Assembly: GCA_002633005.1 (NCBI GenBank)
Contig: NMRA01000218.1
Location: forward strand, 267,113 to 331,112
From: Phoronis australis
Lineage: Eukaryota; Animalia; Phoronida
Direction of reading: 5' to 3'
Length of the DNA: 64,000 bases
The stretch's first letter is position 1. Every line of letters starts with the position of its first letter. The position numbers and the translations under genes were made by a program. A model generated the notes under the pieces. That model saw nothing but the letters and a program-made list of their open reading frames with translations, was not told where the DNA came from and did not search any database. Shown here piece by piece: positions 37,334 to 51,345 of the stretch.

Positions 37334-40300
37334 GAAGTCGGCAATATATGCGGAAATCAACGAATTCCAGACTTGGTCTCAAACCATTTTATCAAATATA
37401 CCAAGCCATGAAGTAAATGTCTTGATATGAGGAAAGACTTACCTATTTTTTATTTTAATGCCAATTAGAAAGCGAAATGTATTCGAGCGTTCCTTGTGGC
37501 AGGAGCGTAAACAAACGAATGAGTCGTTTTTTAAAAGTGGCCTTTGTAGCTACAGATTTCTTGAAAGGTATGTACGAACGTATCGAGTACATTCAACCAA
37601 ATATCAACAAGTATTGATTTTAACTCGTAAAATATTATTACATTTTCTGAATCATGCAGAAAGAATGTAGAATTAGATTTTTGACAATACAGCAATTTGC
37701 CGTTACTTGGGTAACGTGACCATGTCTTTTCAATAAAATTTAGCAAAAAAGAAAGAAACATACATTACGAAATGATGGTATCAACCACATGACCAAATTT
37801 AGCTTGATATAAATATACAAGTGGAAATATCCAAAAATGCTGTTACAGTTTTCTAAATTATCGTTTCGTTTTCATTTTGTGCATCTATAAAAGAGACTTT
37901 CCATAAACATCATAACCCTCATGCAAAAGGGGAACATTTTTTTTTGTAAATTCCTGACATCGTTTTGGAGAGCACTAGATAAAGCTACTGCATCACCTAT
38001 AATCCAATTACATTAAGAAACACTGCGAAGGAATAACATTCAGAATTTCTTTGAAAATCGTTGCTTACAAAATCCGCGAGGAAAGACTGAACACGTGAGT
38101 GAGACTGAGTGCATCCAGTGTTAATTAGGTAAGGGCAAAATCGAAAACTTCAAAGTGAAATAAATCAAATTAGTATTAGCGAATCTTCCTCGTTTAGCAA
38201 TCATTGGACTCCGCTCGGTACACGGTGTTAGCACGTTTAGCCTAGTTCGGAACTCTAACTCACGGTACTAAAGAACCGAAACAAAGGATTTCACACAAAA
38301 CATGAACCAAGGCGATGGTTTTCAAAGATGGCGCTGCAAGCGGCTTTGGCCTAAATACGTCATCAGGTAAGCTACCAACCAAAGGCAACCCTCATGCTTA
38401 CAAAAGCAGCACGTCAAACTTTCAGACAGCACCCCAATCTATCACAGACAGTAAAGAACTACAGACCATATACAACACCTCAAAGTCCCGACATACCCGT
38501 ACGGTCACCTCAACCGTCTAAGAACCTAACACTGGCCGAGTTTTAACACGAGCAGCTGATCTCAGGGAACTGGTAACGATTTGGCAGTTCTCATGTCAAG
38601 CCCCAGCACTAACTCCATAGTATGAATAAACGAAAAGCTGTAACAATCAATTTATTTATCAGTGTGCTTACTCCTAATGCAAATTTTTCACTGACGGAAT
38701 ACAACAATTTTTATCACAGCTTGAAAACTGCAGTCGTCACACCCAAGGGTGAACGCTTAAAAATGACTAAGCAGTGCTACAAGTTAATTGTGAATTAAGT
38801 CTTAAGCTTGCTTGTGTCAGTAACTGAAAAATGTAACCACACTTTCTGGCTTACGGTCCATCAATATTTCCAAACGTTGAATAAGACTCCACCGCTCAAT
38901 TCTGTGTTTCGGGCTGTGTCGGTGGCTAAAAGGGAATTGCGCATTTTACTCTCATAAAATTGGTCTCATAATATTGCCGTGTTAGGTCTCTATCAACAAG
39001 TCAAAGGCAATGCGTATAGGGGCCACTTTTGAATTCGTAAATTTTAGGGTTAGCAAACCCCAAAAACTTTGGAGGGGTTTCTTGAGTATAGCTGATCGTT
39101 TAGATGTTCTAACGGAAATGGAACACTATCGCGAGACCGACAGGAGACAAGCAAGGCCGAATCAAGATGTTGACTATTATTTCAAAGAATTTAAATGACA
39201 ATTTCCTCGAACTGCCAACTCGTGCCCATTTTTAATCTCTTGAAGTCAATTTCCTTTCCTTCCGCATAGAAAAATTTATAAATCAGCCATTCTCGTGAGA
39301 GCGAGCTGCCAATTGGCAACCTGCTGGTCTACTCCTGAACCGACCATGCGCAGCGATAAATCTTGAAGTGGTTAATCGCCCATTTGCGATAAGTGGAACT
39401 GCAATAAGCCTGTCATCAATACAATTAATCCACGCCGTTTCATCACAATATCCGAAGTGAATTATTGACGAATGACTGCTAAACGTGTTTGGAAATTGAT
39501 TAAACCCAAATTTCGGATACTATAAGCCACTCTGTGACATGAATAAGTAACATTTTGAAATTGATTTCGTGTTTAGAACGAAAAATTGAAAGATCTCGCA
39601 CTGGCGAACACGAGTAAAGGTTGAAGAACGACAGCAACTTTTCTAAAATGTAGAGACATGTCATCGGTGGTAAAACATCCACCAGTGTCAAGAAGAATTG
39701 CGTAGACACGTAAACGGCTGGCGCAGTGCGACATAATTCCGATTTATGTCTGAAATTAATCAAAATTATCTATCATCTATAAAATGCATCATTCACACGA
39801 ACTCCGTCTCACCCGCTGCACTACATACCTACACTGTGCCCGTTTCAGCACCGTGTTGGTCCCAGGTAGTTCACCGGTCCTCTATTTAGATTCGAGGTCA
39901 GCTCTATGTTTTTCTCGCGGGCCATTTTTTCGCAGACGCGGAGGGAAGGTGGCCGGATTCTTACTAGCCTTGGTGACGTCAGTTCGTCGGCTTAATTTCA
40001 CTGCTTTCGGCTTCCGTCGCATATATACATCTTCGGGCCTGTCGCCGCCAAAATTAATGATGTCATTAAAAACTAAACTTTTCCTTGGGTAAACTTACTA
40101 TTTACCGATATTGGGAAATTGGCGTTCTATCGTTATTTTGCTGCTAAAATTGTGGTGGGCTCTTTTGGGTCGGCTTTCGATGCCATCGCGTCACCTATTG
40201 ACCAATTTCCCGTTTCTTCAATCAACTGCTCTTCTCTTCCACGAGGTTGCGTACATGTCATAACAATATGATCTGGTTTCATTTCGTTACAAGTTTTTTG

Positions 40301-40519
40301 TATTGTAGTACCAGCAAACTCAATTTGCTGCAAAGTTGTCACCATGTCCCGATAGATATCGCAAAATTTTAGTGGGAAATGGCGCGTGCGCGTGTCACGA
40401 GCGCATTGTTTTCAAAACGACGGGGAACGGCTCGTGTGTAACATAAGTCTAAATTATGTATGAAATAAATCAGAATTATATCTGACGTAAATAATGATGT
40501 CTGATATAGAAAAGTAACG

Positions 40520-41000
40520 TCTGACATAATTTACGAAAAACATCGTACATAATTCATAAATGCCAAACTTAATTATCTTTATATCATACATAAACAAAAT
40601 TAATTCCCACCATTATTTTATTTACATCTGACATAAATTGTATTAATGTTTGACATAATTTAGCCAATGAGAATCGTCGATACATCCTCAACGCTTTCTA
40701 CGGAAACATGTCGCATCTTACAGACCATGTAGTTTTTCTACAAAATTTCAAGCGAGATGTGAACGAGTGTGTTAAAAGTTTATCCATTGAGAACACGCTA
40801 ACAGGTTACTTAATCGGCTGGAAACATTGTGGGTTGAAGCAATGAATGTATCGACGATTCCCATTGGTTGACTTATGTCAGACAAAAATACATTTTATAT
40901 CAGATATAAATAGAATAATGGTCGGTATGTTATTAATATGTGATATACATAGAACTATCATGGTTAATGAATTACGTACGACATTATTCGAGAATTACCG
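40520..41000. mobile_element. Foldback element with ~160-bp inverted arms
   Basis: CCATTATTTTATTTACATCTGACATAAATTGTAT...CCAATGAGAATCGTCGATACA mirrors TGTATCGACGATTCCCATTGG...TATCAGATATAAATAGAATAATGG. Repeated TCTGACATAA submotif from 40440. Confidence 0.75.
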
Positions 41001-42075
41001 TAAACACGAATTAACTTAAATCAGGCTGTGCGAAAACATACACGTAACACCTAATGGCAGCGTGACATACGCAATTAACAATTAGAACAGGTTGAACAAA
41101 TGAATAAATCAGAGTAGTTATCGGCAAAAACAAATACATTTCGATCCCTTTGCTTATTTGATCCATTGGAATCTACCATGGAAAAGTTCACAAATTTCAC
41201 GTGTTTTTAACCTTTCATAATATATTAGTTAAAGCCGCTCCTCCAACTCTAGTTTTAAAAGCCTGTATGTAAAATTCTGACATGCTAAACCAATCAAGCT
41301 ACTTGTCGAATACATTCATTTCTTGAAAACTCAACAACAGCAGAGCTTTACTGATTTTTCGTTAAACTGCACTCTTTGAGACAAAAAGGTACGTTTTGAT
41401 AAATAAGTCGACCATAAAACGGAAGCTGACACACATCAATTGCGAAAATTTCAAACTACTGGCCAACGCATGGACTTTATGCACCCATGTAGCAAAATTA
41501 CCTTGACCTTCATTTTCCACCTGGGATGTGCCAGTGCCGCATAAAAATGCTAGAAAATGTCCGCAAGTGTGAAACGCTAATTGAATACTCACACATATGC
41601 ATACATTGCAAAGGCGCTAGAAAGCAAGTCTAACTTCACAGTGTTGACATTTCGGACTTCAAATTTCAAACCGAACCCCAAGACGTTAAGCAAAAATGTA
41701 AATTTCAATCAGCGTTAATCCGGTGATTTGAACTGTTGGGTAAATATGGGTGATGTCAAAAATAGCATCGACAGCAATTTGAGGTGTCACTGTTCGTGTA
41801 CATGCGTCCAGGTTTTAAAAATCTATGTTGTCTCGAGAGGAGATAATATAATATAACATGTTTGAGATAAAACGTTTTAAAAAACCTGGTGATCTCGTAC
41901 GATAACTCATTCCGTGATAACCGCTTACCCCCAGCACACGCGCACACACACACACAATGTAAATTCCACAACGCACGTGAACATGTAGATGTCACTTATG
42001 TACAATGCTATAGTTCGGAACGGAATGTTAATAATGTTTATTTTTCTAAACTCGTCTTTAAAAAGTAGGTATTAA

Positions 42076-42513
42076 AGGGATATTCGTTTCAACATCCCCT
42101 GTACTTGTACAGATCTCGGGATCGTAAACAATGTAAACCTGTGGCGAGCTATTGTTTCATCGAAACCCCACAAATAGTATGCACGTAAATGAGAGTTGGG
42201 TTACCGTTGAAGTAGCGACACGATTTAATATACACGTTGAAATGTTTTATTATCACCCACTGTGATACACTTCAGTATAATTTGGCTCGCACGTGTATTT
42301 GAAAAGTTAACAGTGTATGAAACTGATACGCGTGTCTCACTTGATATTAGTTGTCGACCGGAAGTGAGCATATAAACAATTTGGCCTCAAGATTGGTAAC
42401 CTGATTGGACAATTGGAAAATACATTTTTGGGTATATGATTGGAGGGTATAGACTTTATATTACTGGCTTTAATCTGGGTAGAGATCAATAACCTCTCGT
42501 CGAGAATGTCCCT
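42076..42513. mobile_element. Kolobok-like MITE flanked by TTAA
   Basis: TTAA|AGGGATATTC ... GAATGTCCCT|TTAA (TIR 9/10 match; TTAA at 42072-42075 and 42514-42517). Confidence 0.7.
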
Positions 42514-43869
42514 TTAATGCAGCATACTCCCAATAGTACAGAGAACTGAAGTACTTTAAAGCGCAAACCCAGATTTTTTACATAAGGGTAAGTTAAAATG
42601 TTCACTTATAAGGTATTAGCCTTTCAAACATAAGCTACTATCTCGTATTAAACGCCCGAGGCGCTAAGATATCTATTGATATTTAATATTGGGCTTACCA
42701 GTATTTGCAGCTGTTTTTGCTCTAAAAATGATGTGTTTAGAGAATCAACTCAAGATCCATCCCAAACAGGGAGCAGACGTTCGTACTACGTCGGTGTTTT
42801 TTCACTAAAATCTAAACGTTATCAAATAAACAGTATCTCTTGCTTCCAAATACTTCCAGCCTCTCTTGATTTAAAGATCCCCTTTCCACTTAAATCTTCA
42901 TAAAACTGGGTTTAACATAAACTAAACGTAGTCGGAGCCAAAACCCAAGAAATGATTATCTAGTAAGGACTGCATCTACATGAAAAACATTTTCCCACCA
43001 AGCTTACGGCTTAATGGTGGTGCACCAGGAAAATAAGCGCTGTGACGTNGACACGATTTAATATACGCGTTGAAATGTTTTATTATCACCCACTGTGATA
43101 CACTTCAGTATAATTCGGCACGCACGTGTATTTGAAAAAGTTAACAGTGTATGTAACTGATACACGTGTCTCACGTGATATTAGTTGCCGACCGGAAGTG
43201 AGCATATAAACAATTTGGCCTCAAGATTAGTAACCTGATTGGAGAATTGGAAAATACATTTTTGGGTATATGATTGGAGGGTATATACTTTATATTACTG
43301 GCTTAAATCTGGATAAAGATCAGTAACCTCTCGTCGAGAATGTCCCTTTAATGCAGCATACTCCCAACAGTACAGAGAACTGAAGTAGTTTAAAGCGCAA
43401 CCCCAGATTTTTTACATTAGAGTAAGTTAAAATGTTCACTTATAAGGTATTGGCCTTTCAAACATAAGCTACTATCTCGTATTAAACGCCCGAGGCGCTA
43501 AGATATCTATTGATATTTAATATTGGGCTTACCAGTATTTGCAGCTGTTTTTGCTCTAAAAATGATGTGTTTAGAGAATCAACTCAAGATCCATCCCAAA
43601 CAGGGAGCAGACGTTCGTACTACGTCGGTGTTTTTTCACTAAAATCTAAACGTTATCAAATAAACAGTATCTCTTGCTTCCAAATACTTCCAGCCTCTCT
43701 TGATTTAAAGATCCCCTTTCCACTTAAATCTTCATAAAACTGGGTTTAACATAAACTAACTTAACCCAAGAAATGATTATCTAATAAGGACTGCATCTAC
43801 ATGAAAAACATTTTACAACCAAGCTTACGGCTTAATGGTGGTGCACCAGCAAAATAAGCGCTGTGACGT
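42217..43869. other. ~0.83-kb tandem duplication split by a single N (43049); probable two haplotypes
   Basis: 42217-43048 versus 43050-43869, collinear with many SNPs and one complex indel near 42925/43760. Confidence 0.85.
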
Positions 43870-46800
43870 ACTGGCACGAAAGATTACTATTGGGGAACCA
43901 AAGAAAATTTATACTTTCATCAAGAATAGTAATTTACGGAATGTTATTATTTTATTGGTATATGGTCTTCCAACCGTATCAGCTCATTCTAAGCTCCAAA
44001 TTAGTGACAACAAACTTAAGGGAAGTAGTGAAAGGCATGTCCCTTACATGAATTGCACTTGTTCAAAGGTGGAGAATTTGTAGGGCGGACTTTTTGAGGG
44101 TAGATAATATTCTTATTAAATATCAGTTCATTTCAATAAAAGGATAACGAGTTTGAGCTCTACATCTAACGATTATAATTTCGGAATCCATTATATTTAC
44201 ATATTGTTCGCAATCCAATACGATATTGTTTTTCTCCGTGTATATACCCCTACGCCAGCATTTATGTTCAATAAACTGTTGCATCATTACTGTTGACGAA
44301 GTTATTAGTGGTCGATACTTTTGAATAGCTGAAACGTGTACACTCCGTTATGAACATCACAACCACTGACATGAGTATCGACTAAAGTGAAAAGATAACG
44401 ACTGCCTTCTGTGTAAGCATACACTTTGCGAAGTCATCACTTTCATTTTCAGTGACAAAGGCGGCGCTCAAATTTGATCACTAATGATCGCGCGTCCAAT
44501 GCCCGGAAAATGCGGGCAGATACTCCAAACACCAACTCAGTTGCTATTACAGAGAAGGGGAATGCTCCACTTTGTATTTGCCTTGGTCCTAGCGACCCCT
44601 TCAAGCAAAATTTGGGGCCAGGCATTAGCAGAAAACGAGAATTCTTAAATATCACTATTACAGTGTTTGCAGGGAATGTCAACTAAAACATATTCAAACG
44701 CGTTGGCCGGGGATAAAAGCCTATTTTTAGGTAGAGCTTGGTGGGTATAGCGAAAAAAGACGAAAATTCGACAATACACGGGCCTCTCGGTTGCACAAAA
44801 CTGCACAATTTTCGTAACCGACAACTTTGCAATGAATATCATGAACAATAAACACCGCCAATGATCGCGATTAAAAATGTCTATTGCCAGCTGTACAGAC
44901 GCTAATCCAGACGGGTGGAGTCCAGGAGACTCGCGTTCCATTGCTCGGCAACACAGCAGAGGGCTATAAAGAGCCTTTTTCCAGACTGTTGTCGGATACG
45001 CCTATCTTCTGCTCATGATTGTGCATCCGCGCTCACTGCCACCACGACATTCACCACAGTAATATGACGTCAGAGATAAATACAGAAAGACACACATTAC
45101 CAAATTAAATGTGGATACAAACCGTGTCCTAATTGTGTTGAGAACAATTTTCGCTCACTTGCGGGCATAAACGTACGCTTTCAAAATGACGTCATTGACT
45201 TTTTGCCATATGTCGGAAGTGAAATTGGTTACACTAATTCGCTAAGACAAATCCAAGTGTCGTTTTTATCTTTCTATTTTAAATTTCGAACTCTCAGGTC
45301 GTGACCTGAAACTTATTGAGCCTGGTCTTAAAAAATAATGAACGGTCCATTCTTCCCGAGTCAAGAGGTCATTTCTAAACGGAGTAGGAGCTGAAGTATT
45401 CCGATGAAGCAATTGGCCTAAGTTGTTGTGGTAGCAACAAGGAAGCTAAGAAAGCATAACACACCCCCAACATGAAAGGCAATTTGCAAGAATTCGCTGG
45501 AAATCGCGCACACTAGATTTGCTGAATTTAGCCAGGGCGCTCATCCATTTGTGAATTACGCGGAATATGTTGACTTTTCTTAAACAAACCTGGATGACCT
45601 TTTCTGTGTTTGAAAACATGATAACTCGCTTCCCCGAAAGATTTATAAGCAAATTTGAATGTTAGCAGGCTTCGTCCATCTACACATATGCACGATTAAG
45701 CCAACGACAAAACACACGTCAAATACACCACCATCGTACATTTTGACCTCTCCATATCATTTATCAATGGAAATGACGAATAATTGAATTAGAGTTGTAA
45801 AATCAAAACAAACTGCTCAAGGTGACTCACACTACACCAACGACTTGATTCAGTTGCATACTCAAAGTTCCAGCACTTCTTCGAGGAATGATTAGTACAG
45901 TGTATGAGACACACAAAAAGAAAGATGTCGAAGTATGACTTAATGCAAAGAATCATAAGCGTTTTCCTAAGCCACTTCAGGGATACATGTATCTACCGTG
46001 TTTCGTAATAGACTTAATTTTGGATCATCCGATTGCACACGGAGATTCTAACATGAATGTAATCTAGCGCCGAACTGTTGAAAGTTCGGTCTCAGGCTAA
46101 CCGATTACGAACACTGACGCGGATCAGTAAAAAGTTGTTCCAACCTCTAAGTTGCGAAGATGATGGCAGACGATGTGATAATGTGAAACAGAGGTGTCGA
46201 ATCAGCTTTACTAAATGATAACAAACACGTGTATTTGACTTTTTACATTTTAAATTAATGCCTGCATCTCATCGCTACTCGTGCGTATTTTGAGTAACGT
46301 TAAGAGGATTGAATTTGCCAACCAACAAATATTCCGTCATTCCCTGAGCGGATTACTACTCAACATAATGAACCGCAACTGATAGTCAGGTTACGCATTA
46401 TTACGTCACTTTAACACATCAATTAACTGTCTGGGTTATTAATTGACAGCATGCATCACTTGGGGTCAAAGAAGATGCTTTCGAAGTATAATGTAACCTT
46501 TCAAAAACAAACGCTCTATAACGTGTTTAGACTTTACACAAAGCTATGGCGATTTTTATATCAAACCGAATCTGAATCTAACACCAGAGGATGAGATCTT
46601 ACCTTTTCTTGTACTTCTTAGGACGTGAGTCGGCTATGTACTCCAGTTATCGCGCTTGGCTTATAATCGCTCTGAAAACGAAAATGAAAAATCTCAGCCA
46701 GCGACACACTTCACTGTTTCATACAATGGTAATATAGGACAACTTTTGATTGACTAAATATTTAACGAGCTCAATTCACCTTAGGCACACATTCAACGCG

Positions 46801-47716
46801 CAAATATACCGCAAGTCTTTGCCTGAGCAAACAAGATTTCCACTTTGTACAAATCGTAGACTGTGTCCGCCTTCGTACAAACTCCACCGCCTATTGTTGC
46901 TTTGCTAGAATTGAGTAGTCTTGCGTATTCACAGCATTCACACGAACCCTGCTCATGATACTTACTGAACAGTGCAACAGGAAAATAACCCACGGAGCGG
47001 AGATCAATCCCAAATCAATACACGCCTTACAAGCCATGTCAAAGGGGTGGCGATTATTAACTAATGTTCTCTTTAGCCTACTCCCTCTCGCCGAAGATAA
47101 CGACAGACAAATATTCATATTGAGAACGCATCCGTGAAATCTTCTCAATCAACACCGGCTGCACACTTTAGAAGATTGTCTACGTTTGCTTATCACAAAA
47201 CTTGACTTGTGTTGAAGATACCGCGACGCAACGCATCGGCCAAGCACGCTACCAGTATTAAGTCGACATGTAAGTGAGTGCAAGATGCACCTAACTAGTG
47301 AGTCCCACAGGCTAATGCAATTATATCGCATGTACAGTAAACGAAACAGAACTATTTCCGTGTAACCGTGCAGCACATGGACTTAACGCCGCGTGTTGCA
47401 AGCACCTCGAAATCGGCATTGTGAACGGTAGTGTCAGATTAAGGTTTTTCGGACTCCTAATTTATACATGTCCGTACCTGCCGTGAGCTGTCTCCGGTAG
47501 AAACAATTTCTCAAGTGGTTAGCTTACACAAGGGGGAACTCCTTACTCTACGAGTTGGGCCTCTAATTTATCATTATCAGGACCTAGGCTATAAATTTCT
47601 AGTTAGCTTAATTAAGCTTTCGACACTGGCTCATACATGTATAACTACGCTCTCGGCTAAAGTGAGTGTTGTTGAACTGATTTAGCCGACACAAACATTG
47701 TTAAGCACTATACTTC

Positions 47717-48588
47717 GAGGTGTTCCATCGAAATTAAAGCCCGGTGTAAAACAGATATCTTGGAGTCGAAAACAGACCCCCACACCTTCAAAACAATTAA
47801 CCAGTCCGAAAAACACGAACCCCACCATTAAAACAGGAATCCCGGGGATCGAACAAGACATCTGGGAACCGAAAAACTGCCGCACTTTCAAATTCCCTTT
47901 TTAATGATCGATGAGGAGTTAAAGTACACTTTTTGAGGGCAAGAACGGTGAAATTGATGACGGTGCAAGTCTTTCGGAGTGGATAAATCCAGCGGTCCAT
48001 TTCGAAATCCGGAAAGTGATTGAGGCGGAAATAATGTACTCTCGACTGACAAGTAAATCGAAGAACCCTAAAATACGGCCAGTTTTAAAGACATTTAAAG
48101 GGGTTAATCAAGAGTGGCACTCAAAAGTCGAAATACTATACTCGTTTTTCATTTTTGAAAATATATTAGGAGAAACTCTTGAATAATCAGAAATTAACTA
48201 AATATTAACCGAGAGACAACGTGTTGAGAGTATAGGTTGTATTGAAATTCGCCTTCAGACAAGTTGCATGAGTTTTACCGATAAATATCAAATAACGAAG
48301 TCAATGTACTATAAGTTACGTTTTATAATTGACAGTTTTTAACAAAATGCTAAAACAAAACAACTGGAAAGTACTTGAAGATCCTTTAACTCAAAGTTTG
48401 AGGCTACTGGCATCGTCTCAGAAAACTAAAACAATTGTCCGGGTTCTTATCCGATACTCCGGATTCCTGCGTAAAAGGTCGGGGTTCGTGTTTCTCGGGA
48501 TGATTAGCTGCTTTGAAGGTACGGGAATCTGTTTTCGACACCGGGATATCCGTTTTGCACCGGGATTCCAATTTCGTTGGAGCACCTT
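47717..48588. mobile_element. ~870-bp non-autonomous DNA element with ~150-bp TIRs
   Basis: GAGGTGTTCCATCGAAATT...CCCGGTGTAAAACAGATATC...AAACACGAACCCC mirrors GGGGTTCGTGTTT...GATATCCGTTTTGCACCGGG...AATTTCGTTGGAGCACCTT. TSD not resolved. Confidence 0.8.
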
Positions 48589-49907
48589 TTACTCGACTTG
48601 TTTCTTCTCTGGCTGCTTTAGAAGCAACTAAGACAGCTAGTTTTCCTTATTCGCGCAGTTCAGATCAGCCCACGCAAAAATGTTTGCTCACGCACGCCGT
48701 TACGCTTTCACGGACACACATTACCTTTTTGGCGTCTCTCAGACAAATTTCCTTGCTCGCACTAGAATTAACCCTGTGGTGCTTACGTACCCTCTTCCTT
48801 ACCCGCGAACCCACGAACGTTATTCTATACCCACGCACGCAGTTCTCTTCTCTCTGTTCGCTACTTTGCTAACAAACTGCAAAGACAGCAAGTGTCAGCC
48901 ATACGTACACGTGTGAAGCGTTTGAAAAAAAATGTCCCAATGTTCATTTCCGACATTTTTAAAGCAAATTGCACTGGGCAAACCCGACATAAAGAAGAAA
49001 ACCACGAAAGGAATACAGTATTACCAGTAAAAAAGACATTGCGCTTAACTGTCGTCTATAATCCAGTCTCGTAGGACATGACGCATGTTTTGATGGAAAC
49101 ATTTGTTCGAGCGGAAAAATTTACCGAGGATAAAAGTGCAGTTATGTCGTTCACCATTACCCTGGTGTTAGGCAATTATTTGACTCCCGTAATGCCATCA
49201 AAGGATTACAACGATACTTGTTTATCTAGATATAGGCTAAGGCAGAAAAAATGGATAATCAATTCAAAAAGAGGTCACGGAGGAAATATCGATGTTATCC
49301 GACTGGAGATTTGTTACTGAGAGATGGCTTGACGACAAAAGGCGAGTTGTACTCTAAGACAACATCGATAAAGTAATTAAAAGACAGTGCGACTCTGTCA
49401 AATGTCCCTGGCAAGCAGTTTTAAGCAATAATCCAAACAGCAGTAAAGGTGTTACCGCCTCCAGTCGAAATATTTAAAACTATGAAACCCTACTTTGAGT
49501 TAACCTGTACAGTTTGCACATGTACTAAACGGGAGAGGTGACCGTACTTTTCGAACTTTAATATTGAGTGCAAATATCAAGATTTGCTCAAATTCTTTTT
49601 TATCACAGTAGGAACGCGCAATTCATTAATGCAACGACTTGTTTAAAAAATAAAACTTGGTTTGAATTAATTAAGTATACACTTTCCTTGGTTTACCCCA
49701 GTTTAGAGTGCAGAAAGAATGTCATAAATAGAAGGCTACCAATCTGAATGACAGTGCCATAATTGGCGGATACGTTGAGTAATCGCGATAGCCCCCAAGA
49801 CATACACTGTACGTGTATTCAAACCCATGACCTCGGCGATTGCAGCCCGACGTTTTGTCAGTAGAGAAAAAAAAAACAAAATTAGCATGTAGCTCGGAAT
49901 ACATTAA

Positions 49908-50075
49908 AGGGACACTAGGAGTTTTACGGCCGACATACATTTGGGGATCATTGCTAGATGGGATAGGTTTCTAGAAGTTATTGGATTTGTTCACAACTAA
50001 AAACAATCAAACTCCCTGTGTATCGCCAAGTTTCGCCGCTGTCCTACAGATATTCGCTGAAATCAAGGTCAATGA
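49908..50075 (+). mobile_element. Kolobok-like left end; related copies at 56074-56275 (+) and 54320-54880 (-)
   Basis: Starts TTAA|AGGGACAC (TTAA|AGGCAC at 56070; TGCCT|TTAA at 54881). All three share the block CAGA(T/C)ATTCGC(T/C)GAAATCAA, with one variant. Confidence 0.55.
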
Positions 50076-51129
50076 CCCCGCTAGTAAAATACTTTGCTCT
50101 TAGTCTAGCGGGGCTAAGCTACTCTAGCAGAGCGATAGACTGTGACCGTGCGGGTTGCAGCGGGTTCTATTCCGCGACGAGGCTGATCTAAAAAATCCCA
50201 TTTCTCGACGATAATGTATTTAGCTGACGTCTGCGGCCTCGATTTCGAATGGCATTCGCGGCTGGCTGGACGACAACGTGGGGAATCGGAGATTTCTAAT
50301 AAAAGCACAAACGCAAATCAGATTTAGCTGTTTTATAGCTTTACCTGGTCAAAACTAAAAACTTGCAAAGTCCATTCTACCGAAACTGCAATAATCCCTG
50401 AAAATGCGTTTTAGGTTCTAAAACCGATTGAATCTATCGAAATGAGAACATTTCGAACATGTACACAGCCCTTCTGCGTAATGAGCTACAAGGAGCAGTT
50501 CCTCATTATCCAACGTCGTCAGCAAACTTTGAGGCAGAACCACCAAAAACCTGGCCTGGCCTGTTCCGGCGTAACCACGAACCCTCTTCGACCACGTGCT
50601 GGGACTGTGTCTATCAGTCAACCATGCTTAGACAGAATGTCCATTATGTACATGTACATGTATCATTGTGTGTTGTTGAAATCAACAATAGTGTGTTTTT
50701 GTTCAGTAACATTTACTGGACGAAGAAAACATGACATACGGGAGAAGGAGCGAGAAGAACTGAATGCGACAGTGTCGGTAAATATCAATGGAAATCACAC
50801 TCAGAGGATTACATTAATGTCGCTGTAAGACAAAGTAATGCCAACTTGGCGAGTTGGCGTTCGCAAGTGCAGTGCAGTTTAAACCTTTCACACCATTGAC
50901 ATAAATGTTTGAATTCGGTAACCAACAATTTTAGCACGATATTTTACGTATTTTAAGCGTTTCTTCTTCAATCTCTGTACTTGTCACAAGTACAGAAAGG
51001 CGACAATTAAAAAAATAAAATTTGTTTTTCGTCATCAATGGAAGTCAGATATCCTCCACTGTGTCGTTCTACACCAGTCGTGAGCCAGAGTGGTCTCTGA
51101 GTTTGATATTGCCAGAGACGAGTATTTTG

Positions 51130-51345
51130 AAAACGTGCACGTGCTGTGGACGCAGAACTACATGCAGCATTCAGAGAGACAGTATTTCAGTTTTTGTTTC
51201 CAAAAAGCCCCAAGATCACCCAAAAATGGCACAAGTTCGTGCATCGAACACACTGAGGTATGGCAGTATACGGTGGAGCCAGCGATCAATTCAAGGGCCA
51301 CGCTGTGCCCGACCCATTTTGAAAAATCGTGCTTCGACCAGTATC
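51130..51345 (+). pseudogene. Frameshifted THAP (C2CH zinc finger) domain relic, transposase-like
   Basis: Joined over three frames: CTCCGRRTTCSIQRDSISVF / FPKSPKITQKWHKFVHR / WQY...RATLCPTHFEKSCFD. This matches the THAP pattern C..C...FP...W...LCxxHF. Confidence 0.65.

Noticed and set aside
49800-50190. Two tRNA-like segments (49800-49865 minus, 50110-50185 plus)
   Set aside because: Degenerate boxes and no closable cloverleaf. These are SINE-head remnants rather than tRNA genes.
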